Shown here piece after piece: positions 27,901 to 38,376 of a stretch of 64,000 nucleotides of DNA. Made by a program: the position numbers and the translations under genes. Where the stretch lies: positions 32,001 through 96,000 of the forward strand of contig CAVUWA010000010.1 in NCBI GenBank assembly GCA_963744995.1, given 5' to 3'. The notes beneath the pieces were generated by a model. That model saw only the letters and a program-made list of their open reading frames with translations. It did not search any database and had not been told where the DNA came from. The stretch's first letter is position 1; the number at the start of each line of letters is the position of its first letter. This stretch comes from Candidatus Eiseniibacteriota bacterium. Lineage in GTDB: Bacteria > Eisenbacteria > RBG-16-71-46.

Positions 27901-28623
27901 CGGGGGTGTGCGAAGGCGCCATCGCGCCGGCTCCAGGTCGCGTCGAACTCGAGCCCGCTCAGCCGCGTCAACAAGGACCGGGTCCTGCCGTCCCTTGCCG
28001 ACTCTCTGAGAACGGTCTGCAGTGCGGTCGGTATCGACAGCGCTGCGATCGGTTCGGAGCTCGAGCTGATCAGCTCGCGACTGCTCGCCGAGGACGAGAG
28101 CTGCTATACCTTCGACGATCAGTGTCCGCCAAACCGGGTGCTGACCAACGGGCGGCTGCGCTACGTCGATCTGGAGATGGGACGCTTCCGCCATCCGTTT
28201 GTGGATGGGGCGTATCCGATCATCGGCCACTTGCGCTGCATGGATGGGTTCCGGCTGCCGATGGGCGTCCAGGAGAAGATGCTCGACGCCTACCGCGGCG
28301 CACTGGCCGTGCACAATCCCGAGTTGGTCGATGACGAACGATTCGCCACGGATATGGTCAGTGCCTGCGCGGTTTGGCTCATCCGGCTGCTGCAGCCGAT
28401 GCCGCGGGCACTCGAGCGCGATCGCACCGTCGGCTACTTCGGCATCCGCAGCCGCCAGCGCATCCTGGCAAGCCTGGATGCGTTCCTTGGGTATGCCCCG
28501 GCCGCGAGAGTCCTGCCAGCTCTGACCCGGATGGCAGGGCGCATTGCCGACCACCTGCGCGACGCCTGGGCCGAAAGCGTGGCGCTGCCGAGCTTTTCGG
28601 TCCTCGCCGGCGATACCCACTGA
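27901..28623 (+). pseudogene. 5'-truncated APH/choline-kinase-like phosphotransferase fragment
   Basis: Frame is open from the prsW stop with no start upstream of the kinase motifs; TFDDQCPPNRV…YVDLE…RHPFVD resembles HxDxxPxN…DFE. Confidence 0.55.
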
Positions 28624-28880
28624 GTGACGACCTGGCCAGTCTCGTTTGCCGTGTCTTGGCTCGGGGCTACTCCGAACTTGCGCGGGCACTCGCGGCTGAA
28701 TTGGCTCGGGCTCTCGTACCCAACATCAAAGGCGGCAGCGGTAACCGAGGCACCGCCCGTCCTCAGGACTCGCCTTGCCTCAAGCAGGCGAAGCTCCTTT
28801 TGGTATTGCAGCGGCGTCGTTGAGGTGATCGTCTTGAAGTGTTTATGGAATGCCGATGCGCTCATTCCGAATGAGCGGAC
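28624..28880 (-). pseudogene. AraC-family HTH C-terminal fragment
   Basis: [33 protein letters not shown]…[17 protein letters not shown]-terminal domain absent. Confidence 0.8.
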
Positions 28881-28991
28881 CGTGAGGTGGATGTCTTGGT
28901 CCGTATCCGACCTTTCCACGCTCAGGAAGCCGCTGCTCTATTCATCTGGGCTACGGGGCCACAAGAGAGCGATGGGGTACCGTCTACGGGA

Positions 28992-29321
28992 CTACCGCCT
29001 CCGTCGCGCGGCCTTGGCGAACGCAAGGAAGTAGCGATCGAGCGATTCGGGCGTCGAACGGTACACGTTGTCTCCAACGAAGAAGTCGCACACGACTTCC
29101 CGGGCGCGGCACAGCTCTCTCCGGCGGCCCCGTAGCCGGGGGTCGGCGATCGTCAGGTCCATGAGCTCGAGGAACCGCTTCAGTGCGGAACGCTCTCGGG
29201 CAGCGTTTCCGCCGGCGCGCGCCCGAAGCGCTCGTGACACCTCGCTGCCTGCGTTCCCGAGCTGGTCCATCAGCGACATGGAATGCCACCGGCCGGCGAC
29301 AAGGTCGGAATGGATGGTCAT
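28992..29321 (-). CDS. Small conserved helical hypothetical protein, partner of the DUF5674 gene
   Basis: RWHSMSLMDQLGNAGSEVSRA…LELMDLT…ELCRAREVVCDFF; ATGA overlap with the upstream gene. Confidence 0.75.
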   Translation of the reverse strand: MTIHSDLVAGRWHSMSLMDQLGNAGSEVSRALRARAGGNAARERSALKRFLELMDLTIADPRLRGRRRELCRAREVVCDFFVGDNVYRSTPESLDRYFLAFAKAARRRR

Positions 29322-29668
29322 GGCTGCACGAGTTCCGCGACGATCGCACGGATGAGCTGCTGCGTCTCCTGGTTCTCGACACTTCGACTCGGATTGCCCT
29401 GCGAGGGGCGGACGTTGATCATCGAGTCGAACTCGATCCAGTCATCCGAGGTGTCCGCCGGATAGAGATTGATGCCCCAAAGGTCTGCCTGCTGCGAGCC
29501 GTCTTCGAGGAGCCACTGCTCCTCGTCCGCGTGAAGCTCGCCGCCGACGACCATGACGCGACGGCTACAGTCCACAACGGCCTTGATCATGTCACCGAAC
29601 CCTGACTCAGCGAGTTCGATGAGTCTTGCCCGCGCGATGGGGCGCAGCACCGGTTCCAGAGGAGACAT
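29318..29668 (-). CDS. DUF5674-family protein
   Basis: MIKAVVD…GELHADEE…LLEDGSQQADLWGINLYP…IEFDSMINVRPSQGN. Confidence 0.8.
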   Translation of the reverse strand: MSPLEPVLRPIARARLIELAESGFGDMIKAVVDCSRRVMVVGGELHADEEQWLLEDGSQQADLWGINLYPADTSDDWIEFDSMINVRPSQGNPSRSVENQETQQLIRAIVAELVQP

Positions 29669-29759
29669 GGGCGGCGAGCTTACCGCAGTGTCTGGTGTGC
29701 CCGAAACGGGCCATCACCGGCACATCCACGGGCAGCACCTGGAGCGTTGACCTCCCCCT

Positions 29760-30060
29760 CAGATTCCCTCAGAACACGGCAAGCTCCTTTCGACACGATT
29801 CTGGGTGGCAGGTGCTTTTTGCCTCGGCCTGCGAGTTGGCCTGGCCTCTGGCGGCGGGGAAGGCACTCCGCCACTGTCGTCGAGGCGCTCTGCGACCTCG
29901 TGTACCGACGCGCGGATGGTCTTCCCCGTTTGCCGGGACGCCGCCATGGCCGCGCGGTGCTCGATCACGTAGGCGCGCTGGGACTGCAACACTGCCCAGC
30001 GGCGCAGGAGCTTGGCGGCCAGCGCGCAGGTCGCCTGCTTGTGGTGCTTGCCTCCATTCT
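29760..30060 (-). mobile_element. IS110-family transposase C-terminal remnant
   Basis: GKHHKQATCALAAKLLRRWAVL resembles the IS110/IS116 C-terminus; second copy at 46826-46947. Confidence 0.55.
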
Positions 30061-30116
30061 CCCTTAGGCCGCCACGAGCGCTTTTCCGCAAGTGCACGTT
30101 TATGGCCGGCAGCGGC

Positions 30117-30178
30117 GGGACTTCAGGCTGGCCCGGACAACGGCCCAGGCGCAGACTTGGCCGCGGGGGTCTGAGAGT
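30117..30178 (+). repeat. Dispersed ~60-bp element, copy A (diverged)
   Basis: Ungapped alignment to the copy at 49440: GGGAyTTCAGG.TGG…GGCG(C/T)AG.CT.GGC…GAGAGT. Confidence 0.5.
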
Positions 30179-30477
30179 TCCTATGGACGAGCGATCAACC
30201 GGTCCACGGCGGCATGCGCAAGAGGCGGCAGCGAGGGCGCGCCGGACGCGCCCACGGGCTCCGGAAAGCCAATCGGGACCTTCATCGTTTATCGTCGAAT
30301 TACGATAGATGGGCGGTCCGCACGCTGGCAGGCGCGAGGTGGGTTCGGAGCCCGGCCCTTCAGGGACCTCGCGGCACGATCCTGCGGGCTGCGATCTCAT
30401 CGCACGCCGGGTCGCCACTGCCTCGCGCGCCCGCGCCGGCAAGCGCAGACATCTTTGGCGACTCATGGAGAATTCCC

Positions 30478-31560
30478 ATGACGAGCAGCACGGTCAACAT
30501 TCACCGTGTGACGGTTGCTGTCGTGACGATCGCCCTCTTCGTCGTCATGAGTCTCGGCTGCTCGAAAACCACCGCCCCTCGACCCCCAGTGGTCGACAAT
30601 CAGCTCAAATACGTCAGCCCGGAGGACGTCGGCTACTCTTCGGCACGGCTGGACGACGCCAAGCAGCTGGCAGAGCAGAGTGGTTTTGCCGCCATTATGG
30701 CGCTCTACGACGGGAAGGTGTTCTTTTCGTGGGGCAACACGACCTACAACTACAAGTGTCACTCCATACGAAAGCCGTTCTTGAGCGCGTTGTACGGGAT
30801 CTACGTTTCGCGCGGCGACATCGATCTCGACGCAAGCCTTGAAGACCTCGGCATCGATGACATCCCTCCATCTCTTACCACCGCCGAAAAGCAGGCGACC
30901 GTGAGGGACCTGTTGAAGTCTCGCTCCGGCGTGTACCACCCGGCGGCGGCGGAAACACAGGAAATGAAGGACACCCGGCCGGCGAGAGGAAGTCATCCAC
31001 CTGACACGTTCTTCTACTACAACAACTGGGACTTCAACGCGCTGGGAACGATCTTCGAACAACAGACCGGAACCAGGATATTTGAAGAGTTCAAGAGGCA
31101 AATTGCCGACCCGATTGGGATGGAAGACTTCAAGGTGGCAGACTGTTACTAGCAGTACGAAGACTCTCTATCCATGCACCCCGCATACTCCTTCCGAATG
31201 AGTGCCAGGGACATGGCGCGGTTTGGCGTTCTGTACCAACAGAACGGGAACTGGCGAGGCAGGCCGATCGTGCCCTCCGACTGGATCAAGGCAAGCACGA
31301 TGTCGTACTCCATCGTCGACAGCACCGCGGGGGTCGGATACGGCTATATGTGGGAGACGATTCCCGACGGATCCGCCTTCGCCCAACTGATCGGTGCAGC
31401 TGGCTACTACCATACTGGACTCGGCGTTCACATCGTCATCGTGCTTCCGGAGCTCAAGCTCGTTCTCGTCGAGCGATACGACACCGACGGCCCCTGGGTG
31501 GACCCGGGCGACGTCGGCATGCAGATCGGGTTGATGATCATCCAGGCAAAGCTGCCCTGA
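30478..31560 (+). pseudogene. Serine hydrolase (beta-lactamase class C-like) lipoprotein interrupted by an in-frame TAG at 31150-31152
   Basis: Lipobox SLGC, SxxK (SIRK), FYYNNWDFN; the frame continues past the TAG into HPAYSFRMSARDMARFG…YGYMW…HTG. Confidence 0.8.
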
Positions 31561-31597
31561 TCCTACGTCGGGCCGTAAGCTCTCCCGCTCCGTAGAC

Positions 31598-32140
31598 GTT
31601 CGGCGGCCTCGACCCCGAGCTGCTGCGCCGCTACGTCGCGCCGCTGGTGGAAGAGCTGCTGAAGGCGGGCGATCGTCGTGTACCTGATCCGCCAGGAGAA
31701 GGTCGGCTTCATGGTGGACGCCGGCATCCACGGCTTCGCTCTCGGCACCGGCTTCGCGCTGATCGAGAACTTCTACTACGCGCTCTCGCTCGGCAGCGCC
31801 GACCCGCTGGTATGGCTCGTGCGCGGCCTCGGCACGGCGGTCATGCACGGCTCGGTCACCGCGATCGTCGGCATCGTGTCGAAGGATCCCACCGACCGCC
31901 ACGAGTCGGTGACCTGCGCTGGTTCCTGCCGGGGTTCGCGATCGCGTACCTCGTGCACGCGGCCTACAACCACCTGCTGCTGAACCCGCTCTATTCGAGC
32001 GCGATCCTGCTCGCGGTGATGCCGTCGCTGCTGCTGGTGTTCGCGCGCAGCGAGAAGGTGACCCAGGACTGGCGCAGCACCGGCCTCGACAGCGACGTCG
32101 AGCTGCTCGAGGACATCCTGTCGGGCGAGGTCGTGCACTC
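31598..32140 (+). pseudogene. Internal prsW fragment (diverged duplicate with frameshifts)
   Basis: Matches 27057-27602; extra G near 31667, a deletion near 31910 and one Leu codon missing; no start codon and no 3' end. Confidence 0.88.
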
Positions 32141-32278
32141 CATGGCTGGCTCGCCGCGCGGCGCGGTCGACACGCGCTTCGGGGCGCGGGGGCGGTGAAG
32201 CGGAGTTCTGCAGGGACGGGGATCGGGGCGTCGGTCGGGAACCGGCGCCCCGTGGTCGGCCGGGATCGATGGGCCGCG

Positions 32279-35032
32279 TCAGTCGAGCACAGCGACCCGG
32301 GAGACTGCGTGGTTCTCGCCCTGCTCGAGCCGGATGAAGTAGAGGCCCGGCGCGACGCGCCGACCGTCCGCCAGATCGATCGAATGGTAGCCCGCACCGA
32401 GCGTCCCGACCGGCCGCGCCGCCACTCGTCGCCCGGCGATATCGATCAACTCGAGCGTTGCCGGCGCGGATCTCGTGAGCGCGAAATGCACGACGAGCCG
32501 GCCGCCGATCGCGGGGCTCGGCCACGCCCCGTCCAGTCCAAAGGCGACGGCTGCGCCGTCCGAGACGTCCGTGGTCTGCGCGGGCCCGACGAGGGCGAAT
32601 GCGCTCTCGTTGCCGTTGAAATCCACGGCGGACAGTTTGTAGTAACTCCCCGCCGCTCCGGGATCAGCGTAGCTCGTATCGGTCGTGGCCGTGACGAGAT
32701 TGCCCGGGGCAGGCGTGAAGTCGGCGCTCGTTCCCCGGTAGAGGCGGAACGACGCGAAGTCGCCGGTGGTGCTCACGCCCCAGTGCAGGTGCGTGGCGCC
32801 CGCTGCGTAGGCGGCAGTGAACGGAGAGGGTGCCGGCGGTGAGAGATTGTCGACCGAAAAGCCGTTCTCGATGCCCGAGTCGAAGTAGTTGAGCGGGTCC
32901 GCGGTCACCGCGCTCACGAAGAACGCGGAGTACTCGAGCGACGCGGCGGTGGCGTTGACCAGCGTCGGCACGACGACGTTGTATTCGGAGTCGCCGCGCG
33001 CCGTGAACGATCCGACCTGCTCCCAGCCGGCGAGCTGCACGGACGCGGGCGACACGCGCCGCGCGGGCTCACGCACCGCGGCGGATGCGGGCAACGGGTC
33101 GATGCGCCGGTAGACATCGTAGCGAAGGATCGTCGTACCGACCCCGGGCGCGTCGGCCGAACTGCGCAGGACGCGCAGGCGGACCTGGCCGCCCTGATCG
33201 TTGCCGATGTCCGAGACGAGCGCGATCGAGGCGGGCGTCGCGAACTTCTGGACGCGCGAATTGTGGCTGTCGCCGACGAAGACATTGCCGGTTTCATCCG
33301 TCACCACCGACCACGGTTCGTTGAACTGGCCTGCGCCGGAACCGGAGCCGCCCCACTGGCCGAGATAGGCGCCCTGACTCGTGAACTTCTGAATCCGATG
33401 ATTGTTCTTGTCCGCGACGTAGATGTTGCCGGACGCGTCCGCACAGACCGCAGCCGGGGTAGTGAATTGGCCATCCCCGCTGCCGGCCGAGCCCCACTCG
33501 GTGAGATAGACGCCTGTGCTGGTGAATTTTTGGATGCGCTGGTTGAACGTGTCCGCCACGTACACGTTCCCCGCGGCATCCACTCCCACGCCGTAGGGGG
33601 TCTTGAATTGACCGTTGGCAGAGCCGAAACCACCCCATTGCCTGACATAGGCTCCGGAGGTCGTGAAGACCTGGATGCGATGGTTGTTCGTGTCCGCGAC
33701 ATAGACATTTCCAGCGACATCCACCGCCACCCCGTAAGGAATGTTGAACTGGCCATTCCCCGAGCCGAGGCTGCCCCACTGCGTGACGTATGCGCCGGTG
33801 CTCGAGAACTTCTGAATGCGGTTGTTCTGAGAGTCGGCCACATACACGTTCCCCGCCGCGTCCGTTGCCAGGCCGACCGGCGCGCTCAACTGGCCCGCTC
33901 CCGATCCGAAGCTGCCCCACTGGGTCACGTATCCGCCGGTAGGCGTGAATTTCTGAATGCGATTGTCGGTGACATCAGCGACGTAGACATTGCCGGACGC
34001 GTCCAGGGCGACACCCCTGCACTGGAGGAACTGCCCGTTGCCTGTCCCGTACGATCCCCATGTCAACAGGAATCCCGGCGCGCCGCCGGACACCGTCGCG
34101 CCGGCGCCACCGAACTTCTGGACCCGGTGATTGAAGGTATCGAGGACGTAGACGTTGGCCTCCGCGTCGACGGCCAGACCGTATGGCGCATCGAACTCAC
34201 CGTCACCGGTGCCGGTCGAGCCCCACTCGGTGAGGAAGGTTCCTTCGCCGCTGAATTTCTGGATCCGATTGTTGCCCACATCGGATACATACACGTTGCC
34301 CGCCGGGTCCATTGCCACACCGAACGGCCCGGAGAACTGACCTGCGGCGCTGCCCGTACCACCCCATTGGGCGATGTAGACGCCGTCGCCGTCGAATTTC
34401 TGAATCCGGTCGTTGCCGGAGTCCGCGACGTAGACGTTGCCGGCGGCATCCGTGGCCAGGCCGAGGGGATTGGTGAATTGCCCGTCTCCGCTGCCGCCGG
34501 TGCCCCATTGGGCCAGGTAGGTTCCGCCGCTCGTGAACTTCTGGATTCGATTGTTCTGAAAGTCGGCGACGTACACATTGCCCGAGGGACCGACGACCAC
34601 GCCCACCGGAGTGTCGAACTGACCGTCGCCGGTTCCGAAGGTTCCCCACTCCGTCAGATAGACGCCGGCCCCGGTGAACACCTGAATACGACTGTTGACG
34701 GCGTCCGCGACGTAGATATTGCCGGCGGCGTCGACCGCCAGACCCGCAGGTTGATCGAACTGCCCGGGGCCGCTGCCCACGCTGCCCCAGGAGAGGATCG
34801 GATTCCCCAGGCGGTCGAACTTCTGGATGCGGTTGTTGTAGGTGTCCGAGATGTAGACGTCGCCGACCGCGTTCGTGACCGCCCCGTCCGGGTAGTTGAA
34901 CTGTCCGGGGTTTGAACCGAGCCCGCCCCACGCGAAGAGAAAAGCAGGGGTCGTGGGCGCCGTGCCAGCCGAAGTTGCGGCAGGGAGGAGCAAAAGGACC
35001 AGGAGGGCTGTCAAGCCGAAGCTGCGGGGCAT
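32279..35032 (-). CDS. Secreted NHL-repeat protein (two 6-bladed beta-propellers) with C-terminal FlgD-like tail
   Basis: Twelve repeats WG..G.G.GQF..P.G.A.D..GNVYVAD..N.RIQKF; signal peptide; tail PSP…LELIDIAGRRV…PGLYFIRL. Confidence 0.9.
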   Translation of the reverse strand: MPRSFGLTALLVLLLLPAATSAGTAPTTPAFLFAWGGLGSNPGQFNYPDGAVTNAVGDVYISDTYNNRIQKFDRLGNPILSWGSVGSGPGQFDQPAGLAVDAAGNIYVADAVNSRIQVFTGAGVYLTEWGTFGTGDGQFDTPVGVVVGPSGNVYVADFQNNRIQKFTSGGTYLAQWGTGGSGDGQFTNPLGLATDAAGNVYVADSGNDRIQKFDGDGVYIAQWGGTGSAAGQFSGPFGVAMDPAGNVYVSDVGNNRIQKFSGEGTFLTEWGSTGTGDGEFDAPYGLAVDAEANVYVLDTFNHRVQKFGGAGATVSGGAPGFLLTWGSYGTGNGQFLQCRGVALDASGNVYVADVTDNRIQKFTPTGGYVTQWGSFGSGAGQLSAPVGLATDAAGNVYVADSQNNRIQKFSSTGAYVTQWGSLGSGNGQFNIPYGVAVDVAGNVYVADTNNHRIQVFTTSGAYVRQWGGFGSANGQFKTPYGVGVDAAGNVYVADTFNQRIQKFTSTGVYLTEWGSAGSGDGQFTTPAAVCADASGNIYVADKNNHRIQKFTSQGAYLGQWGGSGSGAGQFNEPWSVVTDETGNVFVGDSHNSRVQKFATPASIALVSDIGNDQGGQVRLRVLRSSADAPGVGTTILRYDVYRRIDPLPASAAVREPARRVSPASVQLAGWEQVGSFTARGDSEYNVVVPTLVNATAASLEYSAFFVSAVTADPLNYFDSGIENGFSVDNLSPPAPSPFTAAYAAGATHLHWGVSTTGDFASFRLYRGTSADFTPAPGNLVTATTDTSYADPGAAGSYYKLSAVDFNGNESAFALVGPAQTTDVSDGAAVAFGLDGAWPSPAIGGRLVVHFALTRSAPATLELIDIAGRRVAARPVGTLGAGYHSIDLADGRRVAPGLYFIRLEQGENHAVSRVAVLD

Positions 35033-35202
35033 GGGAGACTCCTAGCTTGGAGGAGGCGCGGAGATGAGGAGGCGATCCCAGCCGGCGGTGCCGGTCGATC
35101 GTGCGGCGGTCACCCCTCGCGGATGTCTGAAATTCTAGGTGCGATACGTGAGCGTGTCACGCGCAAAGGCCCGCCATCTCCTCTCTCCTGCCTGGGAGCG
35201 CC

Positions 35203-37983
35203 TCACCTCAGCAAAACGACTTCCCGCTGCGTCGCCTTGCCCGCCGCCACCAGCCGCACGAAGAACACGCCCGGGGTGACGCGCGCGCCCTGCTCGTCGG
35301 CGCCGTCCCAGGCGAGCGTGTGGTGGCCGGCGGCGAGCGTCCCGTGTGCGAGCGTCCGCACACGGCGGCCGGCCACGTCGAACACGGTGAGGCGCACGGG
35401 CCCCTCGGTCGGTAGCTCGAAGTCGAGTGTCGTTCCCTCCCCGACCGGGTTGGGACGCGCGGGTGCGAGCCTCAGCCCCGCGACCGCCCCCGGTTCCACG
35501 CCCACCGGATTGGTGTTCGTTGTCGTCTCGAACCGGACCAGCGCGAAATTGTGGTCGTCGTCGAGCCGCTGGTAGCCGCCGAGCAGCACGTGATCCAGGC
35601 CGTCGAAGCACACACCCGTCGCGGACTGATCGTCTCCGGGCAGCGTCCACTGTCCGTGGGTCGTCTCAGTGCCGTTGCTCTGCGCGAACTGTGCCCAGCC
35701 CACGTTCTGGCCGACCGCACCCGCCAGGACAAGCTGGCCGTCGGTGCGCACGTCGATGGCGTAGGCCGCCCCCTCCGCGAACCAGTCCTTCGTCACGAAG
35801 CCGCTCGGCCAGAGGGTGCAGCCGTGGGTGTTGCATTTCGCCAGGGCGCCGGCCGACGTGTACCGCGCGAGCGCGAACACGGTGTGGCCGCCGGTCTCGT
35901 GCGAGCCCGCCGCGTAGATGCGCCCGTCGGTCCCGAAGCCCAGCGCGTTCAGGTAGTCGTTCCCGCCCAGGTCGGTGCGAGCGTAGCCCGAGCTGCCGAA
36001 GGTGCCGTCCAGCGCGCCGCTCGAGGTGAAGGCAACCAGGGCGAAGTCGCCGTCCACGAATCCGCCCAGGACGACCCGTCCGCTCGGCTCGACCAGCAAC
36101 GACGACACCCACTGGCTCGAAGCGCCCGGGAAGTCGAACGTCTGCTTGCCGCCGCTGCCGAACGAGGCGTCGAGGGCGCCGTCGCTCGTCAACTGCGCCA
36201 CTCCGAACTCGAAGTGCGAACCGTCGAAGACCGGGCCCGCCACCAGCACGCGGCCGTCCTGCGTCAGCGCGACGGCGGTTCCGTAGTCGATGCCGCCGAA
36301 GAAGTCCGCGACGTTGTCGCCGAAGAACCCGAATGTGGGATCGGGCGTACCGTCCGCCTCGAAGCGGGCGACCAGGAAGTTCACGCCGTTGCCCGTACCT
36401 TCGTAGCCAGCGGCGACGATCCGACCATCGGGCTGGATGGCCACGGCCCGGCAGGCGTCGTCGTTGCTGAAGTCGAGCGAGGCGCGCCCGTGCGAGCCGA
36501 ACGAGTCGTCGATCGAGCCGTCGGGCAGGAATCGCATGAGGCCGAAGTCGCTCTCGTTGTATCCGATCTCGGCCACGTAGCCGGCGGCGATGAAGCGTCC
36601 GTCCTGCTGGCGCGCGAGCGCGTAGGCGACCTCCTGGGAGCCGGACGGGAAGGCCGCGTCGTCGAACCCCGCGGTCTGCCAGCCGCCGGTGTCGCTGGTG
36701 AGCCCTGGCCACATGCGGTACAGCCCGCAGCCGTCGACGCCCGGCAGGAGCATGACGATGCGTCCGTCGGGCATGAGCGAGAGCGAGGGGAACTGATCGG
36801 TCCCCGCGTCCCCCCCGGACGGATCGGCGGGCCCGATCTGGCCCGTGCCATAGCCATATTGGTCGATCGTGTAATCGGAACTGCCGTCGACGTTCAGCCG
36901 ATGGAGGATCCCTTCGCCCGAGAGCGCGTACTCCATCAGCACCATCCGGCCATCGCCCATCATGGCGAGATCCGTGAACTGCCACACGGACGAGACGCTC
37001 AGCTTCCCGTCGCCGTCGAGCGTGGGGTCGAGTGAGCCATCCGCGACCAGGTATCTCGCCACGCGCTGAGCACCGGCTGCGATGATCTTTCCGTCGTGGA
37101 TCGCGACGGCCCGGGCGGTCTCGACGTCGCCGAAGCCGGTCGTCAGCTTGCCGTCGCCGTCGAAGCTCGGATCGAGCGTTCCATCGACGTTCAACCGCGC
37201 GAGGGCGAAGTCGCTGTCGTAGAGTGGAAACCCGTCCTGCTTCCCGCCGGCGAGCACGATCCGACCATCGTCCTGCAGCGCGGCGTCGTAGCACTTGTCG
37301 TCGGCGCCGAAGCCGATCGTGGTCTTGCCGTCCCCGCTGAAGGTCGGATCCAGGGCACCGTTGGTGTTCAGTCGCGCCGCCGAGAAGTCCCAGTCGCCAC
37401 CGACGTAGGAGTAGCCCGCGAGCACGATCTTCCCGTCGGGCTGAATCAGCACCTTCTCGGCGATGTCGGTGTCGCTCGAGATCGGAAAGTGGATGTAGCC
37501 GCTCCCGTTGAACGCCGGATCGAGCGCCCCGCCGGTGGTCAGCCGGATCACCAGGTAGTCGGCGGTTCCGGTGTCGGTGTAGCCAGCGACCACGATCCGG
37601 CCATCGGGCTGGAGGGCGACGCTGCGCGCACGGGTGGGGAAATGCAGGTTGGAGAGGACCATCGTGCCGCCGTTCCCGAAAGTCCCGTCGAACGTGCCGT
37701 CCACGCGCCGGCGCACGACGATCAGGTTGTCACCGCTGTGACCCGCCAGCACGATCCGACCGTCGGGCTGGACCACGTGCGTGGTGAGGTTCTGCGTCAG
37801 CGTGTACTGACCGGCGGAGCCGAAGCCGGCGTAGGTCCGGTCCAGGTCGCCCGGATCGGCGAGGACAGACGTCGCGCAGACGATCCCGAACCCCGTCACT
37901 AGAGCGGCCAGGGCCCGGCGTGAGCCGAGGGTCGAGACGATTCGCCACGTCGCGCGGCGAGTCGCGGGATGCAGGAAACGCAT
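35203..37983 (-). CDS. Secreted delta-60 (DUF5122) repeat beta-propeller protein with FlgD-like tail
   Basis: Repeats QPDG(R/K)IV(L/V)AG…DF.L.R….G.LD.(T/S)F..G; tail PNP…VFDVAGRRVRTL…WDGAD..G….GVFFVRL. Confidence 0.9.
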   Translation of the reverse strand: MRFLHPATRRATWRIVSTLGSRRALAALVTGFGIVCATSVLADPGDLDRTYAGFGSAGQYTLTQNLTTHVVQPDGRIVLAGHSGDNLIVVRRRVDGTFDGTFGNGGTMVLSNLHFPTRARSVALQPDGRIVVAGYTDTGTADYLVIRLTTGGALDPAFNGSGYIHFPISSDTDIAEKVLIQPDGKIVLAGYSYVGGDWDFSAARLNTNGALDPTFSGDGKTTIGFGADDKCYDAALQDDGRIVLAGGKQDGFPLYDSDFALARLNVDGTLDPSFDGDGKLTTGFGDVETARAVAIHDGKIIAAGAQRVARYLVADGSLDPTLDGDGKLSVSSVWQFTDLAMMGDGRMVLMEYALSGEGILHRLNVDGSSDYTIDQYGYGTGQIGPADPSGGDAGTDQFPSLSLMPDGRIVMLLPGVDGCGLYRMWPGLTSDTGGWQTAGFDDAAFPSGSQEVAYALARQQDGRFIAAGYVAEIGYNESDFGLMRFLPDGSIDDSFGSHGRASLDFSNDDACRAVAIQPDGRIVAAGYEGTGNGVNFLVARFEADGTPDPTFGFFGDNVADFFGGIDYGTAVALTQDGRVLVAGPVFDGSHFEFGVAQLTSDGALDASFGSGGKQTFDFPGASSQWVSSLLVEPSGRVVLGGFVDGDFALVAFTSSGALDGTFGSSGYARTDLGGNDYLNALGFGTDGRIYAAGSHETGGHTVFALARYTSAGALAKCNTHGCTLWPSGFVTKDWFAEGAAYAIDVRTDGQLVLAGAVGQNVGWAQFAQSNGTETTHGQWTLPGDDQSATGVCFDGLDHVLLGGYQRLDDDHNFALVRFETTTNTNPVGVEPGAVAGLRLAPARPNPVGEGTTLDFELPTEGPVRLTVFDVAGRRVRTLAHGTLAAGHHTLAWDGADEQGARVTPGVFFVRLVAAGKATQREVVLLR

Positions 37984-38252
37984 GGCAGGCCTCCCAGGGG
38001 TTCGCTACGGCGCACCCGCGAGCCGATGCGGGCACCTACCCTGTCCCTACGGGTGAGCGTCGCCGGGCGAACAGGCCGCTCGCCGGGCCCGTTCGTTGCG
38101 GAGGCGCCGTGCGAGCCTGCCCCGTCGACAGCCAGAGGACCCGTGCGTCCTTCGCTGCGTCCCATCACGACAGCGGCGAGGGTCCCCTGAATCAGGCTGA
38201 TCCCCGGCCCCGCCGGGGCGAAGATGACCCGAAGGTGGATCGGCAGGCCAGG

Positions 38253-38290
38253 TTCAGGGTGGAGCGGCGCTGGACGCGGGCGTAGGCTGG
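38253..38290 (+). repeat. Dispersed ~60-bp element, copy B (partial)
   Basis: TTCAGGGTGGAGCGGCGCTGGACGCGGGCGTAGGCTGG aligns without gaps to the copy at 49445. Confidence 0.65.
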
Positions 38291-38376
38291 TTGTAGACGC
38301 ACGAATCAACCCGCCGGAAATCCGTTTGCCGGCGGAGCCACGGGCCCAGAATTCGCAGATCGAAGGAGGTTCCGCC

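Noticed and set aside
31150..31152. Pyrrolysine or genetic-code reassignment of TAG
   Set aside because: TAG terminates several intact genes in this window and no pyl machinery is seen.
32279..35032. DGR or other nucleotide-level diversification in the NHL repeats
   Set aside because: The repeats are diverged at all codon positions, there is no adenine-specific TR/VR pair, and no reverse transcriptase is in the window.
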